Positions 24,142 to 38,946 are shown, counted from the first letter of the whole stretch. The stretch is DNA of 63,413 bases, filler included, from Octopus bimaculoides (GCF_001194135.2; 3 parts of 3 records of this genome joined end to end with filler, not necessarily neighbours in it), one strand, 5' to 3'. Numbers and translations are program-made. The notes: generated by a model from the sequence alone, not told the origin.

Positions 24142-24875
24142 CGTATGTATGTATGCATTATATTTTTATATACATTGTAAGGGTGAGGGATGAAAAATCA
24201 ATAGGGTACTGGAAAACATGTCTCATAGTATTTCAATGCATTTATTCAAGTTCAGAATACAAAGTGCGCATAGGTTGACTTTTCTCTTAATCCTTATTGA
24301 ATCGATGAAATAGTTAATAGAGGAAAATATTGGGGTCACATTCATCGATCGTGTACTCGAACTAAGATTTGTATTCATGTACAAAATTGGCAATAATTTT
24401 ATGTAAACTACAGATTGGTTTCCGGATTTTATTTACACATTCAAAGAAATCACATAGAAAAGTATATTTCTTGAAAGATTTGCCACAACAAATATAACAA
24501 ACTTTTACCAAAAAAATGGATTTCTTTAAAATACATTCTATAGGCAAAATATTTTGACATATGATATAGACTGATTTCCTGCATTAACAGATAAGGGAAA
24601 ATACTTTTTATTCTTTCCTGGGTATATAAAATCGATTGAATTAACTGAAGTATATTACTATTAGACAAATAGATGTATATCAAATGTCACACAAGATGGA
24701 TTGCTGGTTTATTAAAAGTATCTCCGTATGTATAGGATGTACCATAACTACCAAATAACACTAAGACCTGCTCCATTAGAGACGGGGAGATAATCTCAAG
24801 AATCAAGAATTCTCTTACTCGATTTGCCATTAATTAAAAGGGCGGGATTTATTGTCTGGAGATTAAAGAACACTC

Positions 24876-24915
24876 GTTGACACGTATTTCTGGCTCAGTA
24901 GCCGTCATCAGCAAC
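24876..24915 (-). ncRNA. Hammerhead-like motif, variant register
   Basis: GUUG-CUGAUGA-C-GGCU-acug-AGCC-A-GAAA-UACGUG-UC-AAC. Confidence 0.45.
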
Positions 24916-25596
24916 ATAATTGTCCGACCTTATCTTCAGTAACCAAGGGACTTACATTTATACAAAGAAGAATAGAACACATTCATGACATGTAATTTAC
25001 ATGATTTAAGCAAAAGTGAGCAAAGAGAAACAACTCAGATTGCCACTGGCATGTATTTGAGCAAATGCATTCCACTGATCAGTCTCTCAATTATATTTCG
25101 ATCTCTTAGCGAGCATTAAAAAGTTATATGCATTATCAAACGAGAATCTTCGCGTGTAACAAAAGCTATGATCTGTAAAATATGGAATTTCTTTTAATTG
25201 GTTGAGTGGTAATATAGTCATACAAACACATAAGCACAATCACACACACATTGTACATTTCGTCTCATATTCTTTCTCCTCGTTCTGTTTCTCTGTACAT
25301 TTACATACAAACATAGATATGTACATATCTACGTGTGGAAGAAGTCATTACTCAGATGTTCAACGACTTTTTCTAAATACAGCTTTTTCCAAATATCCTG
25401 AAGAAGAGGTCATACTCTAGAAATACAGAACTACAAGGTATAACTGCAACTTTATTTTGTTTTCTTTTCCATTTGTACTTTACATTGTACCTTCTCGCTT
25501 TGTTCCGTCCTTACACAACAAATCTCTTTAAAGTTATACCACATAATGCTTCACTAAAACTACCTCATTATGTATGAGTGTGTGTGTGTGTGTGTT

Positions 25597-25634
<38 letters not shown>

Positions 25635-27436
25635 TATATTGTAACCCTCACAATTTATTTTATAATACATTATGGGTATCTAAAAGCTTACATGCGACAT
25701 ATTGGATTGTTATCATACCATAAGCAGATTACGGTTTGTAAAATAAAATCCAACTATTGAAGCAGAGAAAATAACACTTTTAAGTCTTTTCCGACCAAAG
25801 TAGATCAAGAGAAAACAACACAAGACAAAAAGGCACATAAGCAACATTTGAAAACAATGTAGGAGATTTTAAGATCAGGCGTCCAAATATGTTTTATTTT
25901 ATTCGTAAGACTAACCTTTTTTCTTTCTCCTTTCCCTCTCCCCGAAACTTAACTACATATTTTTCGTGTCCATTGTATCCAATTTTCAATGGATCAATCT
26001 CCAATAAAACGTCTGATGGTTGTTAACGCCGTGAGGAATCCTAGCTGGATAGCTGATTATAAAACGAGAAAACTATTAAAAGAAATCTTAAAATCTGGAT
26101 GATCTAGAATTGCAGTCTAAACAACCAAATGAGAATTACATACATACAAGTATTTTGAGCATGACAAAAAGTCACAAGATAAGGCAAGAAATTAATCTCA
26201 TAAGAGAGTAAAAGAAATATGGCCATAACATTTTCGGTGCATCTATGTAATAAAAGAATTAGGGAAGAAAATTGGTATTTATGAATCACATTTGAGTTTA
26301 CAAACTCGCATTACACTTTTAACGTTTTAGAAATTACCGATAGAGCGAATAGATCTCAGCTTATCTAAGTGAAAGAATGACCGAACTTTGATTCTTGAAG
26401 AAATGGCGTAGCTTCATAATTCATGCACTGCTGATGAGCATCATATCATGGAAAATCGGAATCAGCAAGACAAATGTTTTCACAAAACATTCAAAGGGAA
26501 ACAAAATCTAATATATTTTAGTATTTTCTTTAGCAAATTGCAAAGGGAGAAATAGAAATGAATAGTGAAGTTGCACACAGAAAAAAAAAAAAAGCTTTGA
26601 TCGTAATTCCATTATTATTACTTAGGGACGTGTATGTGGTGCGTATGAGCGTACGTTTGTATGTTATGTTAAAAGTGGCAGCGGCAAAGGTCGAAACATG
26701 AAGCTTATAACATTCTGTTCAAAGTCACTTATTGGATTAATTTAAGCAAAACATATTATGTCTAATGTCTTCCTAGTTTCACAGTTCAACTTCCTCGATT
26801 CTAAATTGTGTCACAGCCTTAAAATAGCGACTACATTTCAGATTATTTGAGCATAACGGTTACAAATTTGTTATCTCTTTATGACATTTAATTGTCTGTC
26901 AATGCGATACCCTTAATTAATTGCAATTAAGTAGTGAATTATGGAGCTAGAGACAATTAATTACCTCTACTGTGCTCCTATTCTCGATGGTATATCCTTT
27001 AATTCTTTTATTACTTCTCTTTTTGCTTCTGGGCACCGTTAGTAAGTTTCTAAGTTAATAAGTTTAGTGTTAACGATACGCTTTCTAAAGAGTCTTGTAA
27101 AGGTTTTGTGATATCTTCTTCGTGTAATAGAATTAGTTACGGTGGGTATTCGATGCAGCTGTTGTTTTTATATTATTTCCAATATAACATTAAAGCTGTA
27201 GATTAGAGTCAATAAAGCTACGGTATAGACAGTTTTTACCTAAAAACCTAGGTTCAGTATTTCGTGACACACATGAAATCAATTCTGGCGTTCCTTTCTC
27301 GCTGCTTCACTTGTTGAAATTCAAACGGAGAACAAGCATTGACACAACAATTTTCTGCATGCTCTGTTATATATATACATTGTCTTAGTTATTAAGCCAC
27401 TTTTCTGATATTTTAATATTTATTACTAGTTAACCA

Positions 27437-27640
27437 GGCGGTGAACTGGCAGAATAGTCAGCTCGCCAGACGAAATCCTTAGCAGTATTTCTTTTAGTTT
27501 TACCTCCTGTGCTCAAATTCTGCCTTTCATCTTTTCGGGGTCAGTGAAACAAGTAGTATTCGAGTGCTAGCATCGATGTAATCCTTCTTCCTCAAAATTT
27601 CAGGCCTTGTGCCCATAGTAGAAAGGATTATTATTATTAT
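27437..27640 (+). mobile_element. SINE family 2
   Basis: Head ggcggtgaactggcagaatag, body and tail ending in (ATT)n. Confidence 0.8.
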
Positions 27641-27644
27641 TATG

Positions 27645-28230
27645 GCCGTCAGTTTGGCAAGCCTTATTTCAGCTATTCACAGCCAGCTATTCACAGCCAT
27701 CAGACAAAGGTGACACTTGTTTATTGTTCATGCTTCAAGAGCCCTGCGGAAAACTCATGCAGTTCCAAACAGTAATGACTTTTGTATATTTTCTATCTTT
27801 ACTTTCGCTCCAATCTTTTTGAGCCATGCTCGTAGTTGGGTACTGATACTTCCAAGTGCAGTGTTCACTGATGGTATCACGTCCACTTTCTTCATTGCTC
27901 ATATGATGTCTAACTGTTTCAGATGGTATTTTTGATTTGGAGGAGATTGAACCCAATTCTCCGATGATAACTAGTACGACTTACACGTTTACTACTGAAT
28001 ATTCCCTGTGTTAATTCTACCTTTAATTCAAGTGATTCTGAGATTTTCTCTACATCTTTGCAACATATTTGTCTGAAGGAGCATTGCTTCATCATAATAT
28101 ATATAATATCTAGATTATGATTTTCGAGAAATTGTTCTAAATCTCTGAATTTCGAAGCCCCATAGAAACTTTGGTTTACCACGTTCATTCAGAACCTTTT
28201 CTGGTGTATGATTGTACCATTCGCTGAAAT
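27645..28230 (-). mobile_element. REL-type non-LTR retrotransposon 3' region, second family
   Basis: WYNHTPEKVLNE..KFLWGFEIQ; KKVDVIPSVNTALGSISTQLRAWLKKIG..IQKSLLFGTA*VFRRALEA*. Confidence 0.8.
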
Positions 28231-28580
28231 ATTATTAGAAAATGCGTTACAAAATGATAAATGAAACAGTGTTCTAGTATTTGGAGCGGAGAAATACAAG
28301 TGTGACGGTTGAGCATATCGGTAAAAATGTTCACTTATCCGCTCATTAAATTTGCCCTGCAATATAGGTGGGTGATCGATGCAGGTGACGAGAAACAATA
28401 TGCAGTTAAGTGAGGGCAGGATGAACTTGCAACTCTTAATGATCTCCGAAAACTACAAGCCTATACCAGAGCTGTACCTTTTGGAGGGCACTGAAACATG
28501 AATAACGTAAAGTAAAAGTCACTTGTGAAGCTCTGCTTTGAAGAACTATCCCTTGAGCCCTTACGGAAAATTATAACAAT

Positions 28581-28746
<166 letters not shown>

Positions 28747-29374
28747 CAGTAGTTTTATTTTTATAGCGTGCTTTCACTTCACTACCGAGCGCAGCTCTGT
28801 GTGCCTTGGGTATGTGCTGTGGTTTGCTGATACTCTTATGGTTACTGTATTGAAAGTGTTTTGCGTAGGATGTGTGCAGTGCCCAGTAGNNNNNNNNNNN
28901 NNNNNNNNNNNNNNNNNNNNNNNNNNNNNNNNNNNNNNNNNNNNNNNNNNNNNNNNNNNNNNNNNNNNNNNNNNNNNNNNNNNNNNNNNNNNNNNNNNNN
29001 NNNNNNNNNNNNNNNNNNNNNNNNNNNNNNNNNNNNNNNNNNNNNNNNNNNNNNNNNNNNNNNNNNNNNNNNNNNNNNNNNNNNNNNNNNNNNNNNNNNN
29101 NNNNNNNNNNNNNNNNNNNNNNNNNNNNNNNNNNNNNNNNNNNNNNNNNNNNNNNNNNNNNNNNNNNNNNNNNNNNNNNNNNNNNNNNNNNNNNNNNNNN
29201 NNNNNNNNNNNNNNNNNNNNNNNNNNNNNNNNNNNNNNNNNNNNNNNNNNNNNNNNNNNNNNNNNNNNNNNNNNNNNNNNNNNNNNNNNNNNNNNNNNNN
29301 NNNNNNNNNNNNNNNNNNNNNNNNNNNNNNNNNNNNNNNNNNNNNNNNNNNNNNNNNNNNNNNNTTGGCATAGC
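28747..29374 (-). mobile_element. REL-type element of the same family as 19117-19494, spanning a gap, in (ATT)n
   Basis: 28747-28889 is near-identical to the reverse complement of about 19350-19494 (LLGTAHILRKTLSIQ* plus 3' UTR); (ATT)n on both sides. Confidence 0.85.
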
Positions 29375-29455
<81 letters not shown>

Positions 29456-29554
29456 GAAGCAAAAAAAGAAGCGTGCCATTGGTATCAAGTGAACGATATT
29501 TCGACATCTCGTGTGTCTTCCACGGGTTCAAAAAATAAACTTGTCAATCTACTT

Positions 29555-30150
29555 CAATTTTGTTAATATTTATAGGATTTAGGTAACTCCTCCAGAAAAT
29601 ATAGTAGCATGTTATTCGTTCTTTCCAGCTATCTAATACTTTCCTGATTATTCTGGCCGTGCCAAGGAGGCAACCCTTTAGTAAAAGTTCTACTGAGCGC
29701 TCCATTCCAATTTCCTTGATGCCTTTTGATACTGTCCCCAAGGACCCAACAATAATTGGCACTATCTTCATCTTCTTCATGTTCAATAGCCGGGCTATTT
29801 TGTACTTAAGAAGGTTGTATCTATCTATCTATCTTTTCGCCTTCTTTCTTGACTATTCGTGGGTGAAAGGGGTATGCAACGTCAACTATATAGCATATGT
29901 TGTGTACCTTGTCTATCATCCCTAGGTCTGTTCTGTTATGCTCTTTGCTATCTCATTCTCTTCATGTAGCAAAATCTGCTAGATTTACTTCGGATGTAAC
30001 ATTTCACCGCAGTTGCAATCAGTCTGCTCCAGTTGATCTTTCTTCTTTTCTTTCGTACCGCAGTATCTAGTTGACGGTAAGCTACCCACCGGGCGAAAGA
30101 TCTTCACTGTTATCAGTTCCACCTTTATTCACGCCATTGCTTTTCACATT
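29555..30150 (-). mobile_element. REL-type retrotransposon relic (C-terminus plus possible N-terminal piece)
   Basis: KIVPIIVGSLGTVSKG..CLLGTARIIRKVLD; weaker RKKRRKINWS..KCYIRSKSSR at about 29950-30070. Confidence 0.65.
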
Positions 30151-30429
30151 TTCACTCATAATGAGGGTTGCAGTGATGAGGTGACACAACCACCGGTGTT
30201 TTTGTTGAGACACCATCTCTAGACGGGTTGCCGACCAAGGTTAAAGAGACACTGCCACATAATGAGACAGACATGACCCTGTATTTCATGATCGACTACC
30301 TAGTATTTCATGATCTCGGGATAGGCTTACATGTCACCCAAGTGTGATCTGAAAGTAGTTATGGTTAAGGGTAACCACGTCATTCCCACGTCGAGACTCC
30401 ACAACGCGAAGCAGTTTCACGTCAAACCC

Positions 30430-31500
30430 AGGACGACCATCGCTTCTTGGTAGCAGTACTAAAAGAAACCGGTTTCGGACCCGTTTTCAGTGGCTGGATC
30501 GCAGCAATGCACTCTGGCGCTTGCTCGGTGGCAAAAGTAAACGGCCACCTTTCAGAACCACTTCATATTCCGCACTCCATCCGTGAACGGTATCCTCGCC
30601 CATCTCTTCTATACGTTCTGGCGCTAGAGCCTTTACTTCTAAAGCTAGAAGTCTTGAGAAGTATCCCTTTCGAAATGGGATGGGGCAAATCTATATCGGC
30701 ATATGCGGATGACATCACGTTCATGGTATCAGACACCTTGAAAGTTAAGGTTGTCGGTTCCATTGTAAAGGAATACGAGGTAAGGGTAGGTGCTAAGATA
30801 AATCCGAACAAGTCGATAGTCCTGCGCCTCGGCGGTCTGAAAGCAAGACGAACAGTATATTAGGTTGATGGGCAGACTGACCAATGAAATTACTCAACGT
30901 CTGGGACGGCCCGGACCTCCAGGTGGGTAAGAACTGGGATGGGGTTGCAAACAGAGCGGCCAGTCTCTCTCAGACATGGACCGAGAGGAAATTATCTCTG
31001 AAATGTTGAGCAGAGGTATCGAATGCGCAACATCGCCTCTTTGATGACTCATCGCCTGAGTGTTGTACCTTGCCTCAGTTCACGTCTAGCCAAAATGGAG
31101 CGTTTACTTTTTCCGTTTCCGGTGTAAGGACGTGTGCAACTGGTCAGGCGATCCATCTGTTGCCAGCGTCTTCTAGATGAGAGTGGGGGCTTGGCATGCA
31201 TGGTTGCTAATGCGCCGACACGCGCTGCGGTGACGCCACCAGCAGATTTTCCTGGACGGTGAGCCTGTGTGGTCTCTGTTTGTAAGACACGCTTTTCTGC
31301 GGCTCATCTCTTTGACAGAAGTGCAATCCTGGTTTGAGAAAAGACTAAGATTTGGCGCGTGGCATCTGGAATGTTGTCGGGTGCTCACTGATCTTGGGAA
31401 ATATGGTCGGTGGAAGCTCTACAGTAATCTCGAGCTGTTCAGTTTGGTTCTCAATCTTTCGTTGCCACCATGGGTCTTTGAATTTTGTTTTTCTTTTACT
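30430..31500 (+). mobile_element. Tx1/L1-clade LINE RT relic
   Basis: VLKETGFGPVFSGWI..LLYVLALEPLL..SAYADDIT..GAKINPNKS (YADD); continues with frameshifts to about 31400. Confidence 0.9.
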
Positions 31501-31559
31501 TTTAATCCCAGGGGTTTGCACAGCGATAGACGCTACGCACTATATAAGGTTGTTTAGAT

Positions 31560-32450
31560 CTGTTATGCTTTCGGTTTATATCTTCGTCAACAGTTCGTTC
31601 ATCTTTTTCACTACTTTATATATATTTTTCCCCTTTCGTTTCCTCTCAAGACTGGTAGCCTCTCTTTCACTATTTCTCGCCTCATTCAGGTGTAGTAGTA
31701 AGCTTCTTTCTTCTTCTGTAACAGTCTTTTTTCCTCCACAGAATAAAATTTGCCTTCATACGGGCAGCTCTTTCTTTTGTGGGAATTTATTGGTCTCTCT
31801 TTTAATCCCAGTTCTTCCTCGACATTTTGTTCATGTTTAACGTAGTCACATTCACATCGTATCACTATTGTGGAAATCTCCTAAGTGCTTAGCAACATTT
31901 CACCCGCCTTTACTTTCTGAGTTTAAATTCCGCTGAAGTCGACTTTGCCTTTTATCCTTTCGGAGTCGATAAAATAATTACTGGTTGAGCACTGGGATCG
32001 ATCTTATCGACTTACCCCAGCTCCTATAAAAACCGATCAGCTATTGGTTAACATTCTTTTGCTGTTTCTGAAAGGCCTGTCCTTCTGGTAGTGGTTTGTT
32101 CTCTGTTGGTATCTGGTTTATTATTCCAATTTTTTTTACCTGACACTGCTTTCATTTTTCTTTCTTTTTTTTGGGGGGGGGGGGCTGACATTGCTTTGAT
32201 TTTTTTTTTTTTGCGTTTCTCTTCTTAAACTATCTATAATTCTTCGTGTCTAATGTTCTTTGCAGTTTGTGTCTTTCCCTCATATCTTCTTTTCCGTTGC
32301 TGCATTATTTCTCTGAGGTGAAATCCCTCTAATGCACATCATGTCGTTTTTGTTTTCCTGCGTATTTTATTTCTAACATATCTCTACTCTCTTCTTCATA
32401 CTCATGTTCCTGTTAATCTGGCCGAAAACCTCTATTTTATCAGTAAAGAA
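31560..32450 (-). mobile_element. Possible highly decayed non-LTR N-terminal region, split by a SINE family 2 copy at 31880-32025
   Basis: K/R/E-rich broken minus-strand frames; SINE body clear. Confidence 0.35.
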
Positions 32451-33504
32451 AACATTAAAATATCTAATTAAACGACTTTCAGAAGTAACTTATACTTTTC
32501 TACCTTCTAAGCTCTAGCATCCCTTCAGGAGACATTGTTTTTCAATATTGATAAAATAAGCACCTTGTTTTTACTGGGCAGGGTCAATGCAATATATTTC
32601 AACCTCTCTTTGCACCAATATAGGAATCAATTATCATTAAATCAGCCTGATTTTTCTTTGTACACCGGACTTTATTTAGATAAATCCTAGAAGCTGATGA
32701 GCTGAGTAACCAATAAATAGTCTAAATATATTTTAGAATATCATTGTAGTAAATTAGTCAGACATTGCTCATATCTCATACGCCACCTATCTGTGTACGT
32801 AAGTGACATCTAATTAATGAGTCTTTGGTTACTTCTTTGGCAAATACGATGAAGTTTGTGCTTGCCTGAAGATGTTATGTAATAGTGAAGTATCGTCGGA
32901 GTCTTCTCCTCTATTTACTGATAATTGTCATATCGACTATTCATTAATCAATAAGCTAATATCTTTTCTTCACTGCATATGTGTTTTTATAAATACAGTT
33001 TTGATGTTTATAGCATTAAATACATTTACAATAACTCATCAGAACATAACCGGAAAGGAAGCTGCCACTTAAAATCCACGTCGCGATACGGGATGCAATA
33101 TCTGAAGTCCAATCATCTAGTTTTTTTTTCAACTCAGAACACACGAGTAATATTGTTGTAGTTGTATAGGCAGTTTTAAAGTCAATATAACCTTTTGTTC
33201 ACATTGCTTTACTCACTACTACGTAGTCATATTTCGAAGGAAAGGATGACAAAGTAAGCCTGAGAAGAAATCCGGCGGAAAAGGCTTGGACATCGACATC
33301 GCTGAGATAAAGCGGAGAATGGACTTTGGCAATCCCACACATAATGTACATGTTAGTGTGCACATATATGGTATAAGAGATTCACACATTCTACTGAGGT
33401 GGACTCACACAAATTTATAAGATAATTAGATTGACAGAGTGGTGCACACACGCGCACATGTATAAATTTATATATACACAGACAAGCTGTGACACATATA
33501 TAAC

Positions 33505-33690
33505 TATAAACTTCTTTATGGAGTGACTGTGTGGTAAGAAGCTTGCTTCCCAATCACATGCTTCCGGGTTCAGTCTCACTGCGTGGCACTTTGAGCAAAT
33601 GTCTTCTATTGTAGCCTCGGGTTGACCAAAGTCTTGTGAGTGGATTTGGTAGACGGAAACTGAAAGAAGCCCGTCGTATGTATGTATGTA
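33505..33690 (+). mobile_element. SINE family 1 head and body running into (TATG)n
   Basis: Canonical head and body; tail absent. Confidence 0.85.
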
Positions 33691-34249
33691 TGTATGTATG
33701 TATGTATGTATGTATGTGTGCGTGCGTATGTATGTATGTATGTATATATGAATAAATATATGTGTATGTATATATCTGCATCTTGCAAGTCATTAGCGAT
33801 TTAATAACAAATTATTCCTATATNNNNNNNNNNNNNNNNNNNNNNNNNNNNNNNNNNNNNNNNNNNNNNNNNNNNNNNNNNNNNNNNNNNNNNNNNNNNN
33901 NNNNNNNNNNNNNNNNNNNNNNNNNNNNNNNNNNNNNNNNNNNNNNNNNNNNNNNNNNNNNNNATATATACATACACATATATTTATTCATATATACATA
34001 CATATACCTGTGTGTGTATATATGTGTGTGTTGGTATACTATAGACTCTCTGTCAATCTAAATATCTTATAAACGGGAGTGTCCATATCAGTTGAAAGTG
34101 AGACTGTTTTACACAATATATGTGATATCTAACACGTAACTTGTGTGTGAAGGCACAGGACTCAGTGGGTAGAATGTCCGGTTCACCATCATGAGGTAGT
34201 GAGTTCGATTCCTGGAACAGGTTGTTTGTTGTGTTCTTTACTTCCCGTT

Positions 34250-34700
34250 TACGACGTCAGCAACAGGGTGGAGGAGTCATGTGGCTGGTATAATTGGGGA
34301 CAGACTTGTTGGCCCAGTCAGGGTGTCTGAAGAGGCTAAAGTGACTGCAGCTGCCTACTGCAATCTCTTGAAGGAGGTCTTGGATCCCTGGCTAGATGAC
34401 ATACTGTTGTCACTTCTAAGAAATCTCGCATTCATGCATGACAACGCTCCCTCTCTCTCTCCTGGGACCACCCATACATTCACAGGGTCTTACGGCATAC
34501 GAGGTGAAAGGTTGATGGTGTGGCCGCTAGTATCTCCGGATCTCAACCCTAACAAAAATCTTTGTTCCATCATTAAACAAAATGTTTATGCGATTGACAC
34601 CAATTTACGTCGAAACATGTCTTATGGGTGACCATCAAACTGCAGCAAAGGCAGTCTAACCTTCTACTATTAAACAAATGATTGATTTCATGACTAATAC
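34250..34700 (+). mobile_element. Tc1-family transposase C-terminal relic
   Basis: RQQGGG..AGIIGD..AAAYCNLLKEVLDPWL..FMHDNAPS..VWPLVSPDLNPNKNL. Confidence 0.88.
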
Positions 34701-35099
34701 GGATTCTGAAGTTATCCGTCGAAATGGCGCTCATATGACAAATATTTCATTTTGCCAATAAATGTTGTAACATTATTATGGTTTTCTGTTAAATATGTAC
34801 TCGATGTATGCTTAATATGTATCATTACTCTTCATTTTCTGAAAAAAAAAATGTCCTGATAGGTTATTTTCATTCAAAAGCTATTATCGTGGTTCGCCCC
34901 AAAACAGAACAACCTGAAATAAAAAAGAAAGAACGTTACACAGAATATTGCAAGCATAACAATGGTGGTGTTGCCATAATGAGCAAACCAGCTGGGAAAA
35001 AATTTATAAAAATCGATTCGCAGATCACCGACAAATCCTAAATTTCACCCCTAAGCTATTAGCGTGGTTCTGGGTGTATATATACAAGTGTATGTATGT

Positions 35100-35189
<90 letters not shown>

Positions 35190-35564
35190 TTCGTGCCCTG
35201 GCAACTTTTTGCGCTCTCCTTTTTAATTAGTGCGAAACTCGGCTCAGAATTCTTGAAATCACAAGTACAGGGCAAGTATTTTATGCTGCACCCAGAATAT
35301 TATGTGAATTTGTGACAAGTAAATGTCACCACGTCTATAGTTTCGTCTTTCTTGAGGGCATATGAAGTAGAATATAGGCAGGAGAAGGCGTGATTCTCTT
35401 GTTACTTGCCAGAAGCATCTGTTGTTGAATTGACCTCGGCATTTGTGATGCTGACACTGGATTTTGCTATACAGTACCGTGTCATCGTCGTCATGATCAT
35501 GAGAAGGCACGTCTGGAATTTTAGCGAAGTGCATGCTCATATACGATAGCGAGTCTTCAAACCA

Positions 35565-35631
<67 letters not shown>

Positions 35632-35779
35632 TTCTGCGTATGTGTATGTGTGTGTGTGTGAGTGTGTGNNNNNNNNNNNNNNNNNNNNNNNNNNNNNNNN
35701 NNNNNNNNNNNNTTAATTAATTAANNNNNNNNNNNNNNNNNNNNNNNNNNNNNNNNNNNNNNNNNNNNATAATATATTG

Positions 35780-35815
<36 letters not shown>

Positions 35816-35866
35816 GTGTATACACACACACGCATACACACACATGCACATGTGCGCGCGCACACA

Positions 35867-35898
<32 letters not shown>

Positions 35899-35899
35899 T

Positions 35900-37150
35900 A
35901 GACACACATGACAGAAATAAATAAACACCCTTATAGTTAAAATTTATTTAAATCTGAAATTATACATTCAAATTGTTTATTAATTGTTATAATGTGAACA
36001 TTTAATATTTAGTAGACACGCCCTTTGCATTTTTCAATGCAAGGACCCTATTAGGCATGTTACTGATCAGATGACGAACGTTCTCTTGTAGAATTTCTTG
36101 CCAAGTTCCATGCAGTAATCTCAAATTATCTGGCTTTTCTTGTTCTTTTTATGAAGTGCTTTCTTGTTCTTTTTATGAAGTGAGAAGTGTTTAATATGGT
36201 TCATATCTGGTGACTGGCTTGGCCATGGAAGCTTTTTAATGCCATTCTCATCCATCGAATCTTGGGTCATTTTACCCTTGTGAGAAGGGTAAAATGAACA
36301 AAGAGTCTTCTTTAACCGTTTCACCACTGGAGAAGATTGGAAGGAGTCCTTTCTGTAATATGGACACATATTTATCTGAGTTTATGTTGACCTCACACTC
36401 CACTAGCTCTTATCAACCATTGCTCCAAATTGCTTCCTAGACCATCACAGAATTGCTGCTGTGTGTCATTGTTGGCTGCAATCTTTTCACATCAAATTCT
36501 TGATCACTGAATCTCCAGACCCACACTTGACCACTGTCAGAAAATACAGCAAACCTGGACTCATCAGAGAATATGACAGTGTCCCAAAATACTATCAGCC
36601 TCTCCACCATCTCACTGGCCCAATCTTTTCTCCGCTTGATGTTGGCTGGTCGAAAAAGTAGCTTCCTTCTTGCTGCACTGCCATAGTAACCAAGTTTGTG
36701 GAGATACCCGACAGCTGTTCTGGGACTGACATCAACTTGTTCTGATATATCAGAGGCCTTGCAACGAGGATTATCCTCCATACTTCTCTTAACAAAGAGT
36801 AAGGTCCTGTCAGAGGGCCCTGGTTGATCTGGGCGAGGTGATGTGGACTTCTTCTCCTCTTTGGTGAATTGCGCAGTCACTCTGTTAACTGTAGAAAGCA
36901 GAATCCCAAGGTTTCCTGCGATTTTACGCTATGTTCACCTTCAGAATGACCCACAATACGGCCTCTTTGAAATTCAGACAGTTCCAAGGCTTCGTTTGTA
37001 CATGGCACGATTAAACAGTCACATATAGAACCTGGAACATAAAAATGTCAATTAATAAAATATATATAAACCTTTATAAAATATATATAAACCTTCTACA
37101 AATAAAATTATGTTTTGTGGGGTGTCTATTTACTTCTGTCCCGTCCGTGC
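35900..37150 (-). mobile_element. Tc1-family element with both TIRs, decayed and internally deleted
   Basis: TIR cores gacagaaataaataaacaccc (35910-35930) and gggtgtctatttacttctgtc (37120-37140); ELSEFQRGRIVG; FWDTVIFSDESRF; WPSQSPDMN; set in TA/CA microsatellite. Confidence 0.92.
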
Positions 37151-37535
37151 ATATATATATGTATATGTGTATATATGTGTGTGCGTATGTATATGTGTAT
37201 ATATGTGTGTGCGTATGTATATGCATATATAGATAAACATATATATACACACACATACATGTGTTTTTGTCTGTGTTTGTGTATGTATGCGCGCGTGCGA
37301 GTGTGTAGGTATGTGTGTGTCCTTGTGTCTGTGTTTGTATCCCACCACCGATTGACAACCATTGTCAGTGTGTTTATACCCTCGTATCTTAGCGGTTCGG
37401 CAAAGCAAACGAGAGAATAACTACCAGCATTATAAAAAAAAATTATTATTAGGGTTGATTCGTTTGACTAAAACTCTTCAAGGCAGTGTCACAGCAAGGC
37501 CGTAGTCTAATGACTGAAACCGGTAAAAGAAACAC

Positions 37536-37566
<31 letters not shown>

Positions 37567-38272
37567 TGTATGTATGCATGTATGTATGTATGTATGTATG
37601 CATGTATGTATGTATGTTTGTTAGCATGTGTATGTATGTTTGTTAGCATGTGTACGTATATATAGGTATGTATGTATGAGTGTATGTATATTTGTAAGTA
37701 TGTATGTATTTATATGTGTATATATGACTGTATGTTTGTATGTTCGTGTGTATTTGTGTATGTATGAGTGTATGTATGCTTGTCTGTAAGTATGTATGTA
37801 TTTATATATGTATGCATGATTGTATGTATGTACGTATGTATTTATGCATGTATGAGTGTATATATGTTTGTACGTATCTATGTATGTATGTGCATGCATG
37901 TGTGCAATGCACGTGTTCTAATGCACATATGCACATAAACAAACAATCATTCTCTCGCTTTCTTTTATTTGCCTTTCTCTTTCTTTCTCTTTTCCATTTC
38001 TTTATTTCCTTTTCTCCTAAACCTTTCCCCGCCACTTTTAATCTCTCTCCTTCTCTCTCATTGTCTCACTCTTTCTTCCTTTCCTTCTTTCTTTCTTTCT
38101 TTCTTTCTTTCTCTCTCTCTTTCTTTGACACACACGCATCTCAGCAATTCATACCGAAAAAATTCTAAACTTCTCTACTTCCTCCTCTTCTACCACCACC
38201 ACCACCACCTCCTCGTCCTTCTCCTCGTCGTCGTCATCGTCCTCCTCCTCCTCCCCCTCCTCCTCCTCCTCT

Positions 38273-38340
<68 letters not shown>

Positions 38341-38946
38341 GCCGACGAGAAATAGCAGTGAAATCTCGACTAACATCATAGTCTACCTTCTGAAAATTCT
38401 TAAGAAATGGAGGCCGCATTAAATAATGTAGTCCTCCGTGCACAATTCCTGAAAAAGAAAATGGAAAAAATTATAGGGCTAGCAAAGCTAGAACGATTTT
38501 AATTTAATTGTAAATTCTTTGGTTCAGATTGGTACGTTACTTAGGTTAAAATGTTGCTCTAAATACGTGTCAGAGTAAAGATTAGATGATCACAACTGGA
38601 ATGTGACAGACATTAACCAGGAGATGCAACATGTATTTTGTTATGGAAAACAAATTCATTCCGGTATTTTCCCCGATTCTTTTTGATGATATTCATAATC
38701 GATATCGACTTGCTACGTTCTGAGTTCAAATAGCGCCAGGTGTCAAACTTGACTTTTATCCTTCGGAGGTTGATAAAATAAAATGTTAGTCAAGTGCTAT
38801 GGTCGATAGTATTGGCCATCCTTTCTCCACAAAACTATTGGTTTTGTACTTAAATCAGAAAAAATTTCTAAGCAGCCTCACTATATTCTCTCTTTTTCTA
38901 TATATCCCAATCACTTTTAAATCTTGCAAACTGAGCAGAATATCTT

